Origin: Verrucomicrobiota bacterium
GTDB taxonomy: Bacteria; Verrucomicrobiota; Verrucomicrobiia; Limisphaerales; AAA164-E04
Reading direction: 5' to 3'
Length of the DNA: 64,000 nucleotides
NCBI GenBank assembly: GCA_047947115.1
Contig: CP170459.1
Coordinates: forward strand, 5,696,001-5,760,000
Below the pieces are notes generated by a model. The model worked only from the letters and a program-made list of their open reading frames with translations. It had not been told where the DNA came from and did not search any database. The translations under genes and the position numbers were made by a program. Below are positions 19,871 through 30,800 of this stretch, one piece after another; position 1 is the stretch's first letter; every line of letters begins with the position of its first letter.

Positions 19871-21075
19871 ATGAGGATCATGCTCAAACGTTACCTCTCG
19901 ACATGGTGTGCTGTCATTGTGATTACAGCATCCATCGCGGTCGAAGAAAGAGGCCTCCCGGAACCGCTCAGGGGCCAAATTGTGGTGGACCCCACCATCC
20001 TGAATGGTTGCGGCGGCATGAAGGTCCTCCCGTGTTCATTTGTGGCCCCGGAGATCCGGAGGGATTCCTCTATCGTGGAACCCGATTACAGGATGGGACG
20101 CGAAAGGGGGATCAATTGCAAATCATCCGGAAAATGATCCAGCACGGAGGAAATTGCCTCTATATGCAGATCATTCGTTCCCATGGTGGAGACGGTTCCC
20201 CGGATCACAATCCTTTTGTGGATTCAAACCCAAGCCAGGGGTTGGATGAAGAGTTGCTCAATCAATGGGAGCAATGGTTCAACCTAATGGATCAACACGG
20301 CATCCTGATCTACTTGTTTTTTTACGATGACAGCGCGCGCATCTGGAACACAGGAGACAATGTCGGACCAGATGAAAAACGTTTTTTGCAGACCATTGTT
20401 CAACGTTTCCACCATTACAAAAACCTTGTCTGGATCGTGGCTGAAGAATCCGAAGAAGCCTACAGCACCGAACGTGTACAGAACATTGCGAGAACCATTC
20501 GGGAAGCTGATCCACATGATCATATCGTCGGCAATCATCATCACTCCGGCACAACATTCAAAAGCTGGAAACAAGGCGGCTACCTGAATCATTTCGCCAT
20601 CGAAGCATTCGGATCATCAAAAGGTCGATATCAAACCATCTATTCGGAAAACACCAAGGGTGAACCCACAGCCCTTTACGCTTGGCGCTGCGCAATGGGT
20701 GGACTAATGCCCATGTTGTTGGAAATGGACGTGGCAAACACTCCTGTTGAAGAACTGAAGCGCTGTCGCATCCTCCAGCACTTTTTTGAACGAACCAATT
20801 TCAACACCTTGATTCCTCATGATGAACTGGCACTCGGAGAAACAAAGTGGTTACTGGCAAACCCGGGCGAAAGTTACATCGCCTACTCAGAGAATCTCTC
20901 ACAAATCATGGACATCGCCAACATCCCCCCGGGAAACTACCATATGGAATGGGTTGACTGCGAAAGCGGAATCATGATTCGGGAATACCAACTCATCCAT
21001 TCCGGGCACACTGGTTTTAAAAAGCCGAATTTGATTGGCAAATGGTGTGCATTATGGGCTGAATGGCAACAATAA
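19871..21075 (+). pseudogene. Frameshifted secreted glycoside hydrolase-like TIM-barrel protein with C-terminal beta-sandwich (DUF4038/DUF5060-type); pseudogene or sequencing error
   Basis: Signal peptide and GQIVVDP lie in one frame; HPEWLRRH..GPGDPEGFLY continues in another frame at about 19993. Confidence 0.7.
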
Positions 21076-21164
21076 GCACTGGCTGTACGTACGATACCGA
21101 CCAAACCAACTCCATTAGCCGAGCTAATCAAAATACCCTGAAAGTTTCATGTCAGTTTTTCATT

Positions 21165-21186
21165 GTAAATGAGACGCATTCTCAAT
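21165..21186 (+). promoter_or_regulatory. Fur-like box upstream of the feo operon
   Basis: GTAAATGAGACGCATTCTC matches GATAATGATAATCATTATC at 13/19 positions; TGAGA/TCTCA dyad; about 20 bp before feoA. Confidence 0.7.
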
Positions 21187-21206
21187 AGAGTTCAACCAAG
21201 GTAAAG

Positions 21207-21473
21207 ATGATGGAAGCAGCAGCAGACAGTGTCAGGTCGGAATCTTGGTTACCGTTGCCCAAAATTGGGCGAGGGCAGAAAGTCCGCGTGCAAAAACTTG
21301 AAGGCCACGAATCGGTTTGCAACCGTTTGCGGGAAATGGGTTTTTGCGAGCTGTCCGAAGTCAAAATCCTGAATAACAGCGGTGCCATGCTGTGTCAGGT
21401 GTGCGGCACCAAAGTTTGCCTGAGCCGACAGGTCGCCGATTCCATCCTTGTTGAACCATCCACCTGCTGCTAG
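21207..21473 (+). CDS. feoA: FeoA family protein (Cys-rich)
   Basis: RLREMGF and LSRQVADSILVE; first gene of the feo operon. Confidence 0.85.
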   Translation: MMEAAADSVRSESWLPLPKIGRGQKVRVQKLEGHESVCNRLREMGFCELSEVKILNNSGAMLCQVCGTKVCLSRQVADSILVEPSTCC

Positions 21474-21484
21474 GGCGCCTTTCC

Positions 21485-21721
21485 ATGTCCCAACCAACCC
21501 GCTTAAGCGATTTGGAGCAGGGAAGTTCCGCTGTCATCGAGTCCATTCCCACCGGAAACGCCTCACTGACCCGACTTCGCGAACTTGGCCTGTTGCCCGG
21601 CACCCGCATCCAATTGATACGCAGGGCTCCCATGGGGGATCCCATCGAAATATCCGTGCGGGGTTCTTTGATTTCTCTGCGAAAAAAAGAGGCCGAACTG
21701 ATTAAAATTCAGACTATCTGA
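21485..21721 (+). CDS. feoA: FeoA family protein
   Basis: RLRELGLLPG, APMGDPI, SLRKKEA. Confidence 0.93.
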   Translation: MSQPTRLSDLEQGSSAVIESIPTGNASLTRLRELGLLPGTRIQLIRRAPMGDPIEISVRGSLISLRKKEAELIKIQTI

Positions 21722-21744
21722 TCTATTTTGCAGCAATAAACACC

Positions 21745-23847
21745 ATGTCCACAAACGAGGTCAAATCATCAAAAAAACCCGAAAGGGATATGACCTTTGC
21801 TTTGGTCGGTAATCCAAACTGTGGAAAGACCACCCTGTTCAACGCCCTCACGGGCTTGAAACAAAAGGTCGGCAACTACCCAGGCGTCACGGTTGAGCGC
21901 AAGGAAGGTGAATGCTTTTTACCGCATGGAGAAAAAGTCCGGATCATTGATCTGCCCGGAGCCTACAGTCTCAACGCCCGTTCGCCCGATGAAGCGGTCC
22001 TGCGTGATGTATTGTTAGGCAGGCGCAAGGACACGCCGCGCCCGGACCGAATCATTATTGTGCTGGACGCAAGCAATCTCGAACGCCACCTCTACCTGTC
22101 CACGCAGATACTGGAACTGGGCATCCCCTGCATCCTGGCCTTGAACATGATGGATATCGTGGCGGAACAAGGAGTCGAAATCGATGTGGACAACTTGTCG
22201 AAATCTTTCGGAGGCATTCCAGTGATTCCGATGCAGGCGAGCCACCGCAAGGGTCTGGTCGAGATCAAGCACTGCATGAGCAAACCGGAGATCCCGGCCC
22301 CCAAGTTCAAAGTCGCCATTCCCGAAGAAATCAACGATGGCCTGGAAAAATCCTGGAAGCGTCTGCGGGAATCGGGAGTTCTGGCAAATGAAAGTTCCCT
22401 TCTGGAACCACTTTACCTCCTGTCGGATCGTGACCCAACCCATTACGGCATCCAGGACAAGCAACTGGATGCCATTCAAGACACCCGCAAGGAACTGGCC
22501 GAAAAATTTCCCGGATGGGAAGACAAACTGGTGGCCGCTCGTTATGACGCCATTTACGTCGTCACGCAGAGAACCATACAGCGTCCTGACGAAAACGACG
22601 CCACCCTGACCGACAAGCTGGACGCCGTCTTCCTTCATCCTGTTTGGGGGTGGGTGACTTTGCTGGTGATACTGGGCGTGTTGTTCACCATGATATTCAA
22701 AGTGGCCGACGGCCCCATGGGCTGGATCGAAAGCTTCTTTGAATGGTGCGGAACCTGGGTGTCCGGTCGCATGGCCGAGGGCGATTTGCGCGACTTGATC
22801 GTGGACGGTGTGATTGCCGGTGTGGGAGGCGTTGTGATTTTTCTACCACAGATTTTGATTCTATTCTTCTTTATCGGGATGATGGAAGACACCGGCTACA
22901 TGGCGCGCATTGCATTCATGATGGACCGTTTGATGAGCCGTGTGGGTTTGAATGGTAAATCTTTCCTTCCCCTGCTCAGTTCGCACGCCTGCGCCGTGCC
23001 GGGAGTCATGGCCACAAGAACGATTGACAATCCCAAAGATCGATTGATCACCATTTTGGTGTCCCCTCTGGCTGGATGCTCGGCTCGGTTGCCGGTTTAT
23101 TTGTTGATGATTGCCACCATGATCCCGTCGGACGAGGTGCCAGCCATGACCAAAGCCCTGTTTCTTTTGTCAATGTATGCACTCGGGGTCGGAGGGGCTT
23201 TCTTCTTCGCCTGGTTGTTCCACAAACAACTCCTGAAAGGTGAAGGCGCTCCAATGATTCTGGAATTACCGAGTTACAAGTCTCCGGCCCTGACAGCGGT
23301 CCTGTGGCAAATGTGGGAGCGCACCCGCATCTTTATCCGACGTGCGGGAACGGTGATTCTCGGAATCTCGATCCTGCTTTGGTTCGCGGTGACCTACCCC
23401 AAATCGGACAACCCCGATCCATCCGTCGCAATGGAACAAAGCATCGCCGGCAAAGTCGGCAAGATTATTGAACCGGTCATTCAACCCATGGGCTACGACT
23501 GGAAGATCGGGATTGGCCTGATCGCATCCTTTGCCGCACGGGAAGTGTTTGTCAGCACCATGTCCATCATCTATTCGGTGGAAGAAACCGAGGAAATCGA
23601 ACCCCTTCGCGACCGCTTGCGAGCGGAGAAGCGGCCCGATGGCAGGCCTGTTTACACTCCAAGGACATGTCTGAGTTTGATGGTTTTTTACGTCTTCGCC
23701 ATGCAGTGTCTAAGCACCGTTGCAGTGGTCAAACGGGAAACCAATGGCTGGAAGTGGCCCTTGTTCCAAATCGCCTACATGACCCTGACAGCTTGTCTTG
23801 GCGCATTTTTGGTTTACCAAATTGGCGGTATGATGGGACAACTTTGA
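21745..23847 (+). CDS. feoB: Ferrous iron transport protein B
   Basis: GNPNCGKT, VGNYPGVTVE, DLPG, NMMD, CSARLPVY, FAAREV. Confidence 0.97.
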   Translation: MSTNEVKSSKKPERDMTFALVGNPNCGKTTLFNALTGLKQKVGNYPGVTVERKEGECFLPHGEKVRIIDLPGAYSLNARSPDEAVLRDVLLGRRKDTPRPDRIIIVLDASNLERHLYLSTQILELGIPCILALNMMDIVAEQGVEIDVDNLSKSFGGIPVIPMQASHRKGLVEIKHCMSKPEIPAPKFKVAIPEEINDGLEKSWKRLRESGVLANESSLLEPLYLLSDRDPTHYGIQDKQLDAIQDTRKELAEKFPGWEDKLVAARYDAIYVVTQRTIQRPDENDATLTDKLDAVFLHPVWGWVTLLVILGVLFTMIFKVADGPMGWIESFFEWCGTWVSGRMAEGDLRDLIVDGVIAGVGGVVIFLPQILILFFFIGMMEDTGYMARIAFMMDRLMSRVGLNGKSFLPLLSSHACAVPGVMATRTIDNPKDRLITILVSPLAGCSARLPVYLLMIATMIPSDEVPAMTKALFLLSMYALGVGGAFFFAWLFHKQLLKGEGAPMILELPSYKSPALTAVLWQMWERTRIFIRRAGTVILGISILLWFAVTYPKSDNPDPSVAMEQSIAGKVGKIIEPVIQPMGYDWKIGIGLIASFAAREVFVSTMSIIYSVEETEEIEPLRDRLRAEKRPDGRPVYTPRTCLSLMVFYVFAMQCLSTVAVVKRETNGWKWPLFQIAYMTLTACLGAFLVYQIGGMMGQL

Positions 23848-23852
23848 AATAA

Positions 23853-24038
23853 ATGAATGAAGAGCAGCAAAGCATCATCGCCCTCCTGATCGTGGCCATC
23901 ACTGCGCTGGTCTTTCTGTTTCGCTACCTCAGGCAAAGACGAACAGGAGGCTGTTCGACGGGGTGTGGATGTTCCATTTCAAAACCCACGGTTCAAAAGA
24001 ACTCGAGACAGCTCTCCACCAAAGGCATTCATCAATAG
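23853..24038 (+). CDS. FeoB-associated Cys-rich small membrane protein
   Basis: One TM helix followed by GGCSTGCGCS, directly after feoB. Confidence 0.75.
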   Translation: MNEEQQSIIALLIVAITALVFLFRYLRQRRTGGCSTGCGCSISKPTVQKNSRQLSTKGIHQ

Positions 24039-24200
24039 CACGCCAAACCCTTGTATTAAAAGCCTTGCCCGCATGCCAGTGTACTGCTGCGGAAGGGCAA
24101 TTTCCTGCAACAAACTGAAAAAAAACACTGCAGAATCCTAGCCCTTCCATTTCCAAAAATATGCTGGTAATCAAATGCAACTTGAAAGAGGATTCGCAAC

Positions 24201-24632
24201 ATGCCAGCCAGACATCTGACGCCTTACCTGTTCTTCAGCGGTCGATGTGAAGAGGCGATCACGTTCTACCGGAAAGCCCTTGGGGCTGAGGTAGAGGTGC
24301 TCATGTATCACCGTGACAGTCCCTCACCCCACCCACCGGGCATGTTGCAGGAAGGTTTCGAAAACAAAGTGATGCATGCCACCTTACTTATCGGAGAAAC
24401 AACCCTACAAGCTTCCGACGGATGCGATGATCAGGGGACATTTGATGGATTTCGTTTGTCCCTTGCTTTTGATACCGAAGAAGAAGCGAAGGCTATATTT
24501 GAATCCTTGTCAGAAGGAGGCGAAGTTCAAATGCCAATCACAAAGACCTTTTGGTCTGAATGCTTCGGTATGTTGACTGATCAATTTGGCGTTGCATGGA
24601 TGATCACCGTTCACGCTGAACATCAGCCCTGA
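24201..24632 (+). CDS. VOC family protein (PhnB/glyoxalase-like)
   Basis: [39 protein letters not shown]. Confidence 0.92.
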   Translation: MPARHLTPYLFFSGRCEEAITFYRKALGAEVEVLMYHRDSPSPHPPGMLQEGFENKVMHATLLIGETTLQASDGCDDQGTFDGFRLSLAFDTEEEAKAIFESLSEGGEVQMPITKTFWSECFGMLTDQFGVAWMITVHAEHQP

Positions 24633-26409
24633 GATGTTTGATCAAAATGCCAATCGCAAACGACCAAATGAACACCGCCAAAAGACTTCCCAAATTGAAC
24701 CACCCCTTTTGCGAGTGCCATACAATGGCATATCCCAAAGCTCCGGGTAAAAGTGCATAGTAGACGAATGCCGGAAGTGTTTTCCGAATCACCTCTCCTT
24801 CTCTTCCCAGCAATCCCACCACCGCAGAAGCCGCCACCACATTGTGCACGCAAATGATGTTGCCCGCCGCTCCGCCAACAGCTTGAAGAGCCACAATCCA
24901 GATCGGGTCCACCCCAATGCGCTGCCCGACTCCAAATTGAAAGAGACTGAACGTCATATTGCTGACCGTATTACTGCCCGCAACAAAAGCGCCAAAACCG
25001 CCAATCAATGGAGCAAACAAGGGCCAGGCCCCTCCCGCCACCTGTGCGATGCCTTCCGCCAGAGCATTCGGCATCTTGGCATATTCGGCAAGGCCTCCCT
25101 GCGAGTTGAGGAAGACCTGAACCATCGGCACTGTAAACACCAAAGCCACAGACGCCTTGCAAACGGTCCCGACAGAATCTTTCCAGGCACGTCGATATCC
25201 CTGCGCCGTCATGCCGTGCAGTGCGAAGGTTGCCAACGATACAACCAGAAAAATAGTTCCGGGCAGATAAAGAGGCTCGACCGAAGCGGCAATACCGGTT
25301 CCAAAGATTTCCTTCCATTCAAGCTTCACACTGCGCAGCCACCCCACAAAGGGAAGCGCCTTCAATCGGGTCAACACCAGCAATCCTGCCACCAACAAGT
25401 AGGGAAACCATGCTTTCCACATGGGCATTGGTTTCTGGTTTGGGTCAGTCTGATCTTTAACCTCGATCAGGCCGTTCCATTCAGGCTCCCAGGTATCCTT
25501 TGGGCCAAACTCCCATGGGTTGGACCGGTCAGGCATCAACCAGCCACGGCGTGCCACGGTCACCATGATGGCCAGCCCAATCAATGACCCAAAAAGAGAA
25601 GGAAACTCCGGACCAAGAAAAATAGCCACCAAGGTATAAGGAACCGTCATGGCAAGCGAGGCAGCCAAAGCAAAACGCCAGCATTGGAGTCCAGGTCGGA
25701 GCGAACGTTCCGGACCAAAAAAACGTGTCAACAAACTGACCAGAAACAGCGGGATCAACGCGCCGGCAATGGCATGCAACAAGGCAACACGCCACCCGAT
25801 CTGTACGAGCAACGCATATAAATCAAGATCACCATTCTCCTGAACAAATCCTTGAGCGATGGCCCAGTCAGCCACCACGGGATCACCTGCCAAACCTGTT
25901 TGCACCCCCACCAGTATCGGGGTCCCCAAAGCGCCAAAAGAAACGGGCGTGCTCTGAATGATCATGCCGGAAACCACCGCCGCCATTGCCGGAAACCCCA
26001 AACCAACCAACAAGGGAACCGCCACGGCCGCGGGCGTGCCAAACCCCGCGGAACCTTCTATGAACGAACCAAACAACCAGGCAATGATAATCACCTGGAT
26101 CCTGCGATCGGGAGAAATGGAAGTAAAACCATCCCGGATCGTCCGGATCGCCCCGCTTTCCTGCATTGTGTTGAGGAGAAGAATCGCTCCAAAAATGATG
26201 TAAAGCAGTGAAGCTGCAACAATCAAGCCTTTGACCGATGCGGCAGCAACCTGGGACACACTGATCTTCCAAACCAATAGAGCCAAGCCCGCCGAGGTAA
26301 GGTAAGAAAGCGGCATGGCGCGGCTTGCAGGCCATCGCATGACTACCAGAAACACCATCACCACCAGGATGGGTAAAAACGAAAGCAGAGCGAGCAGACC
26401 GGTTCCCAT
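24604..26409 (-). CDS. lctP: L-lactate permease
   Basis: [28 protein letters not shown]; polytopic membrane protein. Confidence 0.92.
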   Translation of the reverse strand: MGTGLLALLSFLPILVVMVFLVVMRWPASRAMPLSYLTSAGLALLVWKISVSQVAAASVKGLIVAASLLYIIFGAILLLNTMQESGAIRTIRDGFTSISPDRRIQVIIIAWLFGSFIEGSAGFGTPAAVAVPLLVGLGFPAMAAVVSGMIIQSTPVSFGALGTPILVGVQTGLAGDPVVADWAIAQGFVQENGDLDLYALLVQIGWRVALLHAIAGALIPLFLVSLLTRFFGPERSLRPGLQCWRFALAASLAMTVPYTLVAIFLGPEFPSLFGSLIGLAIMVTVARRGWLMPDRSNPWEFGPKDTWEPEWNGLIEVKDQTDPNQKPMPMWKAWFPYLLVAGLLVLTRLKALPFVGWLRSVKLEWKEIFGTGIAASVEPLYLPGTIFLVVSLATFALHGMTAQGYRRAWKDSVGTVCKASVALVFTVPMVQVFLNSQGGLAEYAKMPNALAEGIAQVAGGAWPLFAPLIGGFGAFVAGSNTVSNMTFSLFQFGVGQRIGVDPIWIVALQAVGGAAGNIICVHNVVAASAVVGLLGREGEVIRKTLPAFVYYALLPGALGYAIVWHSQKGWFNLGSLLAVFIWSFAIGILIKHLRADVQRER

Positions 26410-26536
26410 AGCATTTAATCAGTCAAAAAACTTCAAAGGGTTCAGCACCAGACGATGAAGAAAAACACCTGGATGTTCAATGCAAAGTTCCCCACTCCCT
26501 TCAATTGGATCATCATCCCCTTCAACTTTCTGAACA

Positions 26537-26559
26537 AAAAAATGCCCGGTTTTGGCATT
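26537..26559 (-). terminator. Possible intrinsic terminator
   Basis: Minus strand AATGCC-7 nt-GGCATT followed by a T run, just after the 26584 stop. Confidence 0.5.
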
Positions 26560-26583
26560 CCATGAATGGGGTGGTGCCGAATA

Positions 26584-29500
26584 TTATTGTTCAAGGCGTT
26601 CACCAAACTGCACTTGGAATCTGCGATAGGATGCGCCGGCATCAAATGATGCTTTGTCCATGTGATCGTGAATTTGGATCCCGAATTGAAGTCGAAAAAC
26701 GTCACCTGCCGACACCACTGTTTTCTTATCGCGATTCGGAGCCTTATCCACCGGGAATGGATTGGCAACCAGCACACCATAGTCCCTGCTGTGCGCCCAA
26801 ACTTCCGGATTCACGGAACCGGACATGATTTGTATACCTGCGAAATGCCCTTCAATGGTTCCGGCATAATCCCACCAGCGATCCACTTTGCCCCATGTCC
26901 CCTTTTCATTGACCCCTCCCTGCTCGTTCAAGATGCGTCCATCACCGGTTTTGACGACAATCGGTGTGGCCACACGCATGGTCAACCCCATCTCTTCCTT
27001 GACGCCAAAGTAGAAATCCTGATCACTGGAAAACCTTGAATCCATAACAATCAAATACCCGTCTGTGTTGGGGACAATGGTATATCGTGTGGATTCCACA
27101 CATATCCGGCGCCCATCACCATCCAGGTATTCCTGCTGCGTGGAAAAAGCCAGAGATCCACCCTCACTCACCACATCACGATACCCCAGATGACGCACTC
27201 GTCCCTCGCGGTTGTGCCAGAAATTAACTCCATTCAAAACGGCAAACCCCATCGATAAACCCGGATGCAAATGAGCGTGATCCATGGCGTCCACACCTTC
27301 AACAGGTGGGTAAGCACGTGTCACCTGACGTCCCGTCGGCGTTTTGACATGTGCCCAGAAGGGTCGATGCACATCCGAATGCTGATGATAATAGCGGGCC
27401 AAAGTCACTTCGCCCTGCATCAAAGCAATACCATCCTGATGGACGCTCAAGGTCATAGGATGCTTGGAAGAGTGCGTATCCACGCCTGTCGAGGATGCTC
27501 TTGGCTGCCCCTTCTGGTTAGCAACTTCAATCTGCAGCAAATAAGCCACCAGATCCGCCACTTGTTGTGATGATAAAATGGCACCCAATCCCCCCGGCAT
27601 GGCGGAAGTTTCCGATCCGGTGCGTCGTTCAATATCAGCCTTGGCAATATCCACGGTCACACCCGCGGCATTCGCCAATACGATGGATCTGCCAGATTCA
27701 CCCACCACCAAACCTTCGTGGATTTCTCCATCTTTGGTTTCAACAATCTGGGAAGCGAATCCTTCGGTAATTTCGGCGCTCGGATCCAGAATGGATCGTG
27801 CGATCATCTCCGGAGTTGCCCGGGATCCAATGTCGGAAAGATCGGGTGCAAACACATTTCCGTTTCCTTCCAACTGATGACAGGCCATGCAATTCGCCGC
27901 AAGCGCACTGTGAAACAACGCTCTACCTCGCATGGCTGAGGCGGTTTCCATGGAAGCCAACACCAGTGGGACCGTGGCTTCAACTTTCTGGCGAGCGAGA
28001 TAATGAGGTTCTATGATAACGATATAAGAAGCTTTGGGAGACCGATTCCTCTGATTGTTGGACCCCAACTTCACCATTCCTGCTGGGAAATCCGCGCGAT
28101 AAACCCTGTATCGGGCGTCATGTGTCTTAAGATACATACCCGTCACCTCAAACTTGTCCTCCAACCAGAGAGGTGGCCGATCTCCCCGGACGTCGTCGGC
28201 GACATAAACAGTGGATGGAAACAAAAGCTCGAAATCCATCCCCCCGCCTTGTCGAGCTTCCGCGTCATTGTTTGCTGAACGAATGAAAGCATGACCTTCC
28301 AACTCCTCGGGGATCTCTACCAGTTGATAAGACCGATCCGTATAGGCGGCGTTGCCATTGGCCAAAATATCTTGTTGGTAGGTACGACCGGATTCAGCGC
28401 TTAATTTTTGAATCACTTGCACCAATAACACCTGCGCCGAACCGGATGCATCTTTGACATGTGTTTCCTTATCGTTCTCGCGTGCCATTCCCGACAAGGC
28501 GGGCCCCTTGATGACAGGAATGGCGCGACCGCTCAACCTTTTTTGAGCAAGAAACGATGTCATGGCATCCGGATCGCCCTCCATCGCTCGTATCTCATCA
28601 TCATCCAAATGATTATCCTCCAACAAACTCAGCAACGCCGCCCGCCGCACCGGCGCCGATGCGTGACGCAACAGTTCCTTTTGTTCTGAAACGGAGAGCA
28701 AATCGCGCAAGGCCTGCCAGGCGGAATAGTAAACCAAACGATCCTCTTCCCTCTCGATCATGCGAAGTAATTCCTTGTTCCAACGCCGGTCGAGAACCTG
28801 ATGCAAGCCCATCACCGTTTCCTGCCTCAAACGGGCATCCCCATCACTTAAACCGGCAACTGCGAAGTCTGCCAACTCTCGGGACGCACGCTCACGCGCC
28901 TGAAACGCAACGATACGCAACGTTTGAAGCCTTCGATTGAACGATTTGTTCCACTGGTCGGCAAAGAACTCGTTCAATTCCACTACAGTCACACCGATGC
29001 GCCCCAAGGTCCAAAGTATCCAAGTCTCCCCGGCAGCACCTGGCGCGGATTGTTCCAATCCTCTTTTTAAATTCGAAACTGCTTCCTCCCCGCGCCTCAC
29101 CAATTCATCCTGCGCATTGATGCGTCTCACCGGAAGGCGACTGCTCAAATCCTGGATCAACGAATCAACCGACCGACTCCTAATGGGTTGATGGCCCTGA
29201 CGGGGAAGCTGCAATCCGGGTTGCAATGATTTTGGCCTGAGCTTGTAAATACGCCCTTCATTCACCATCTCCCCATTCTCAAAGACAGAGCCGTATTCAC
29301 GCCCCCAACTCGAAACATAAATCGCGCCATCCAGACCGATTTCAATGTCTACCGGATCAAAACTCCTGCCGGTACTACCATCCATCGAGCGCCCTCCGCC
29401 TGCGCTGGCCAGCGTTTCCATCGATTCATTCAGCGGCCTCATCCATGCCCCTTTCCATTGCGGGCGGTAAACATATATTTCACGTTTTAGCCAATCATTG

Positions 29501-30486
29501 ATAAGAAAGGTTCGATTGATCCAGTCAGGGTACCCTTCAATATCACAAAAAATCACACCCGTCCCCGATCCTTCAAAAAGTGGTCCCGCTGAAGGAGCCG
29601 ATGGTAAATGATCATCACCCAGCCAGTCATAACTCCAGGGGTGGCCCCAACCAAAATTTGCGCTGAAAAAGGGAGAAAAGATTTTGTCACCAAGGTTTTG
29701 ATCATTATCCGTTCCCAACCAATTGAACTGTGAGTCGAACGTCATGTCCCAGGGATTACGGTTACCTCGCGATACAATTTCCAGACCGGACCCATCCGGT
29801 CGACAACGAAGTACTCCGCCATTTAATCCCCAGTCATCAGATGGATGGTGAAAGGTATTTTTGTATGTGTCGCGTGTGAACAAAACCGGAGGAGGAAAAT
29901 CCGGTGTACCCTCTGGAGCTTTCATCCCCCACAGATCGCGGAATGCCTTGGGCGCCACACGATCGGGAGCTTGATTCAGCCCCTTGGAGTTGCCCTTGGA
30001 CATGTAGAGTTTCCCGTCGGGTGCCCAATTCAGTCCATGAATGCCGTGCTCGATATTACCCAAGTCAGTGTACAGACGGAGGTATTCATCCGCTTCATCA
30101 TCTCCGTCAACATCGCGCAGAACGGTCAGATCCGGGGCATTGGCCACCCAAAGCTGATCCCCGTGCCAGGTCATGCCCTGGATATTATTGAAGCCCCGCG
30201 CAAACTCCTTTCTTTGATCCGCTTGTCCATCATTATCGGAGTCAATCAGGATAAAAACTTTATCGCCTTCTGTTTCAGGAGTCGGCCGGCGATACTGGGG
30301 GCCCATACCAACAAACAAACGGCCTTTTTCATCGAAAGTGATGGCACAAGGATTTCGCACCAAAGGATCCCGTGCGAACAGGCTTACCTCGAAATCATCG
30401 GAGACCACTGGGAAATCAGCATCCTGACCATACACCGTACAAGCACACAGGCACAAGCCGATCAAACCGCGGAAGGTGGAGTTCAT
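26584..30486 (-). CDS. PVC-type membrane-bound dehydrogenase-like protein (propeller, HEAT repeats, CxxCH cytochrome) fused to a C-terminal DUF6807 ('PmoA-family') domain
   Basis: Signal peptide; DSDNDGQAD, RNPWD; helical repeats; CMACH..APDLSDIG..SAMPGG; C-terminal TRAYPP..DHAHLHPG..HSRDYGVLVANPF. Confidence 0.8.
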   Translation of the reverse strand: MNSTFRGLIGLCLCACTVYGQDADFPVVSDDFEVSLFARDPLVRNPCAITFDEKGRLFVGMGPQYRRPTPETEGDKVFILIDSDNDGQADQRKEFARGFNNIQGMTWHGDQLWVANAPDLTVLRDVDGDDEADEYLRLYTDLGNIEHGIHGLNWAPDGKLYMSKGNSKGLNQAPDRVAPKAFRDLWGMKAPEGTPDFPPPVLFTRDTYKNTFHHPSDDWGLNGGVLRCRPDGSGLEIVSRGNRNPWDMTFDSQFNWLGTDNDQNLGDKIFSPFFSANFGWGHPWSYDWLGDDHLPSAPSAGPLFEGSGTGVIFCDIEGYPDWINRTFLINDWLKREIYVYRPQWKGAWMRPLNESMETLASAGGGRSMDGSTGRSFDPVDIEIGLDGAIYVSSWGREYGSVFENGEMVNEGRIYKLRPKSLQPGLQLPRQGHQPIRSRSVDSLIQDLSSRLPVRRINAQDELVRRGEEAVSNLKRGLEQSAPGAAGETWILWTLGRIGVTVVELNEFFADQWNKSFNRRLQTLRIVAFQARERASRELADFAVAGLSDGDARLRQETVMGLHQVLDRRWNKELLRMIEREEDRLVYYSAWQALRDLLSVSEQKELLRHASAPVRRAALLSLLEDNHLDDDEIRAMEGDPDAMTSFLAQKRLSGRAIPVIKGPALSGMARENDKETHVKDASGSAQVLLVQVIQKLSAESGRTYQQDILANGNAAYTDRSYQLVEIPEELEGHAFIRSANNDAEARQGGGMDFELLFPSTVYVADDVRGDRPPLWLEDKFEVTGMYLKTHDARYRVYRADFPAGMVKLGSNNQRNRSPKASYIVIIEPHYLARQKVEATVPLVLASMETASAMRGRALFHSALAANCMACHQLEGNGNVFAPDLSDIGSRATPEMIARSILDPSAEITEGFASQIVETKDGEIHEGLVVGESGRSIVLANAAGVTVDIAKADIERRTGSETSAMPGGLGAILSSQQVADLVAYLLQIEVANQKGQPRASSTGVDTHSSKHPMTLSVHQDGIALMQGEVTLARYYHQHSDVHRPFWAHVKTPTGRQVTRAYPPVEGVDAMDHAHLHPGLSMGFAVLNGVNFWHNREGRVRHLGYRDVVSEGGSLAFSTQQEYLDGDGRRICVESTRYTIVPNTDGYLIVMDSRFSSDQDFYFGVKEEMGLTMRVATPIVVKTGDGRILNEQGGVNEKGTWGKVDRWWDYAGTIEGHFAGIQIMSGSVNPEVWAHSRDYGVLVANPFPVDKAPNRDKKTVVSAGDVFRLQFGIQIHDHMDKASFDAGASYRRFQVQFGERLEQ

Positions 30487-30551
30487 GCAAAAATGTTAAG
30501 AACTACAGCATTCATTGCAAGTCCCAAGAATGAAAGGATGACCTGCGGGAC

Positions 30552-30585
30552 AAAAGAAAACCCCTGTTGCAAATTGCAACAGGGG
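30552..30585 (-). terminator. Intrinsic terminator after the small lipoprotein gene
   Basis: CCCCTGTTGCA/TGCAACAGGGG stem followed by TTTTCTTTT on the minus strand. Confidence 0.85.
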
Positions 30586-30614
30586 CTTAAGAAAAAACGA
30601 TAGTTTTGGGCGAA

Positions 30615-30785
30615 TCAGCGCCCTTCCATGATATTGGTTGGCAACCCGTGTTCCCAGCTTCGAGGCTGACTCCAGGGGCGAGCGGACGTGTTTTCCGGAT
30701 CGGGTGTTGAGCAGCCAGTCAGCCCTCCAAGGGTTAACAGAACAAACCCAAACATGACAAAACCTATTTTAAGCCACACCTGCAT
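30615..30785 (-). CDS. Small 56-aa lipoprotein (absent from the ORF track)
   Basis: MQVWLKIGFVMFGFVLLTLGGLTGCSTPDPENTSARPWSQPRSWEHGLPTNIMEGR; LTG-C lipobox; 15 bp after the upstream stop and followed by a terminator. Confidence 0.8.
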   Translation of the reverse strand: MQVWLKIGFVMFGFVLLTLGGLTGCSTPDPENTSARPWSQPRSWEHGLPTNIMEGR

Positions 30786-30800
30786 ATCGTGAATGAATGA

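Noticed and set aside
26438..26450. GGGTTCAGCACCA resembles the tRNA-Phe 3' end (possible att site)
   Set aside because: Short gapped match lying upstream of the tRNA; the interval holds core genes (coaD, rpmF, plsX, fabH) and no integrase.
26584..27450. 'PmoA' domain as evidence of methane oxidation
   Set aside because: It is a soluble DUF6807-type domain with no TM helices and no pmoCAB context.
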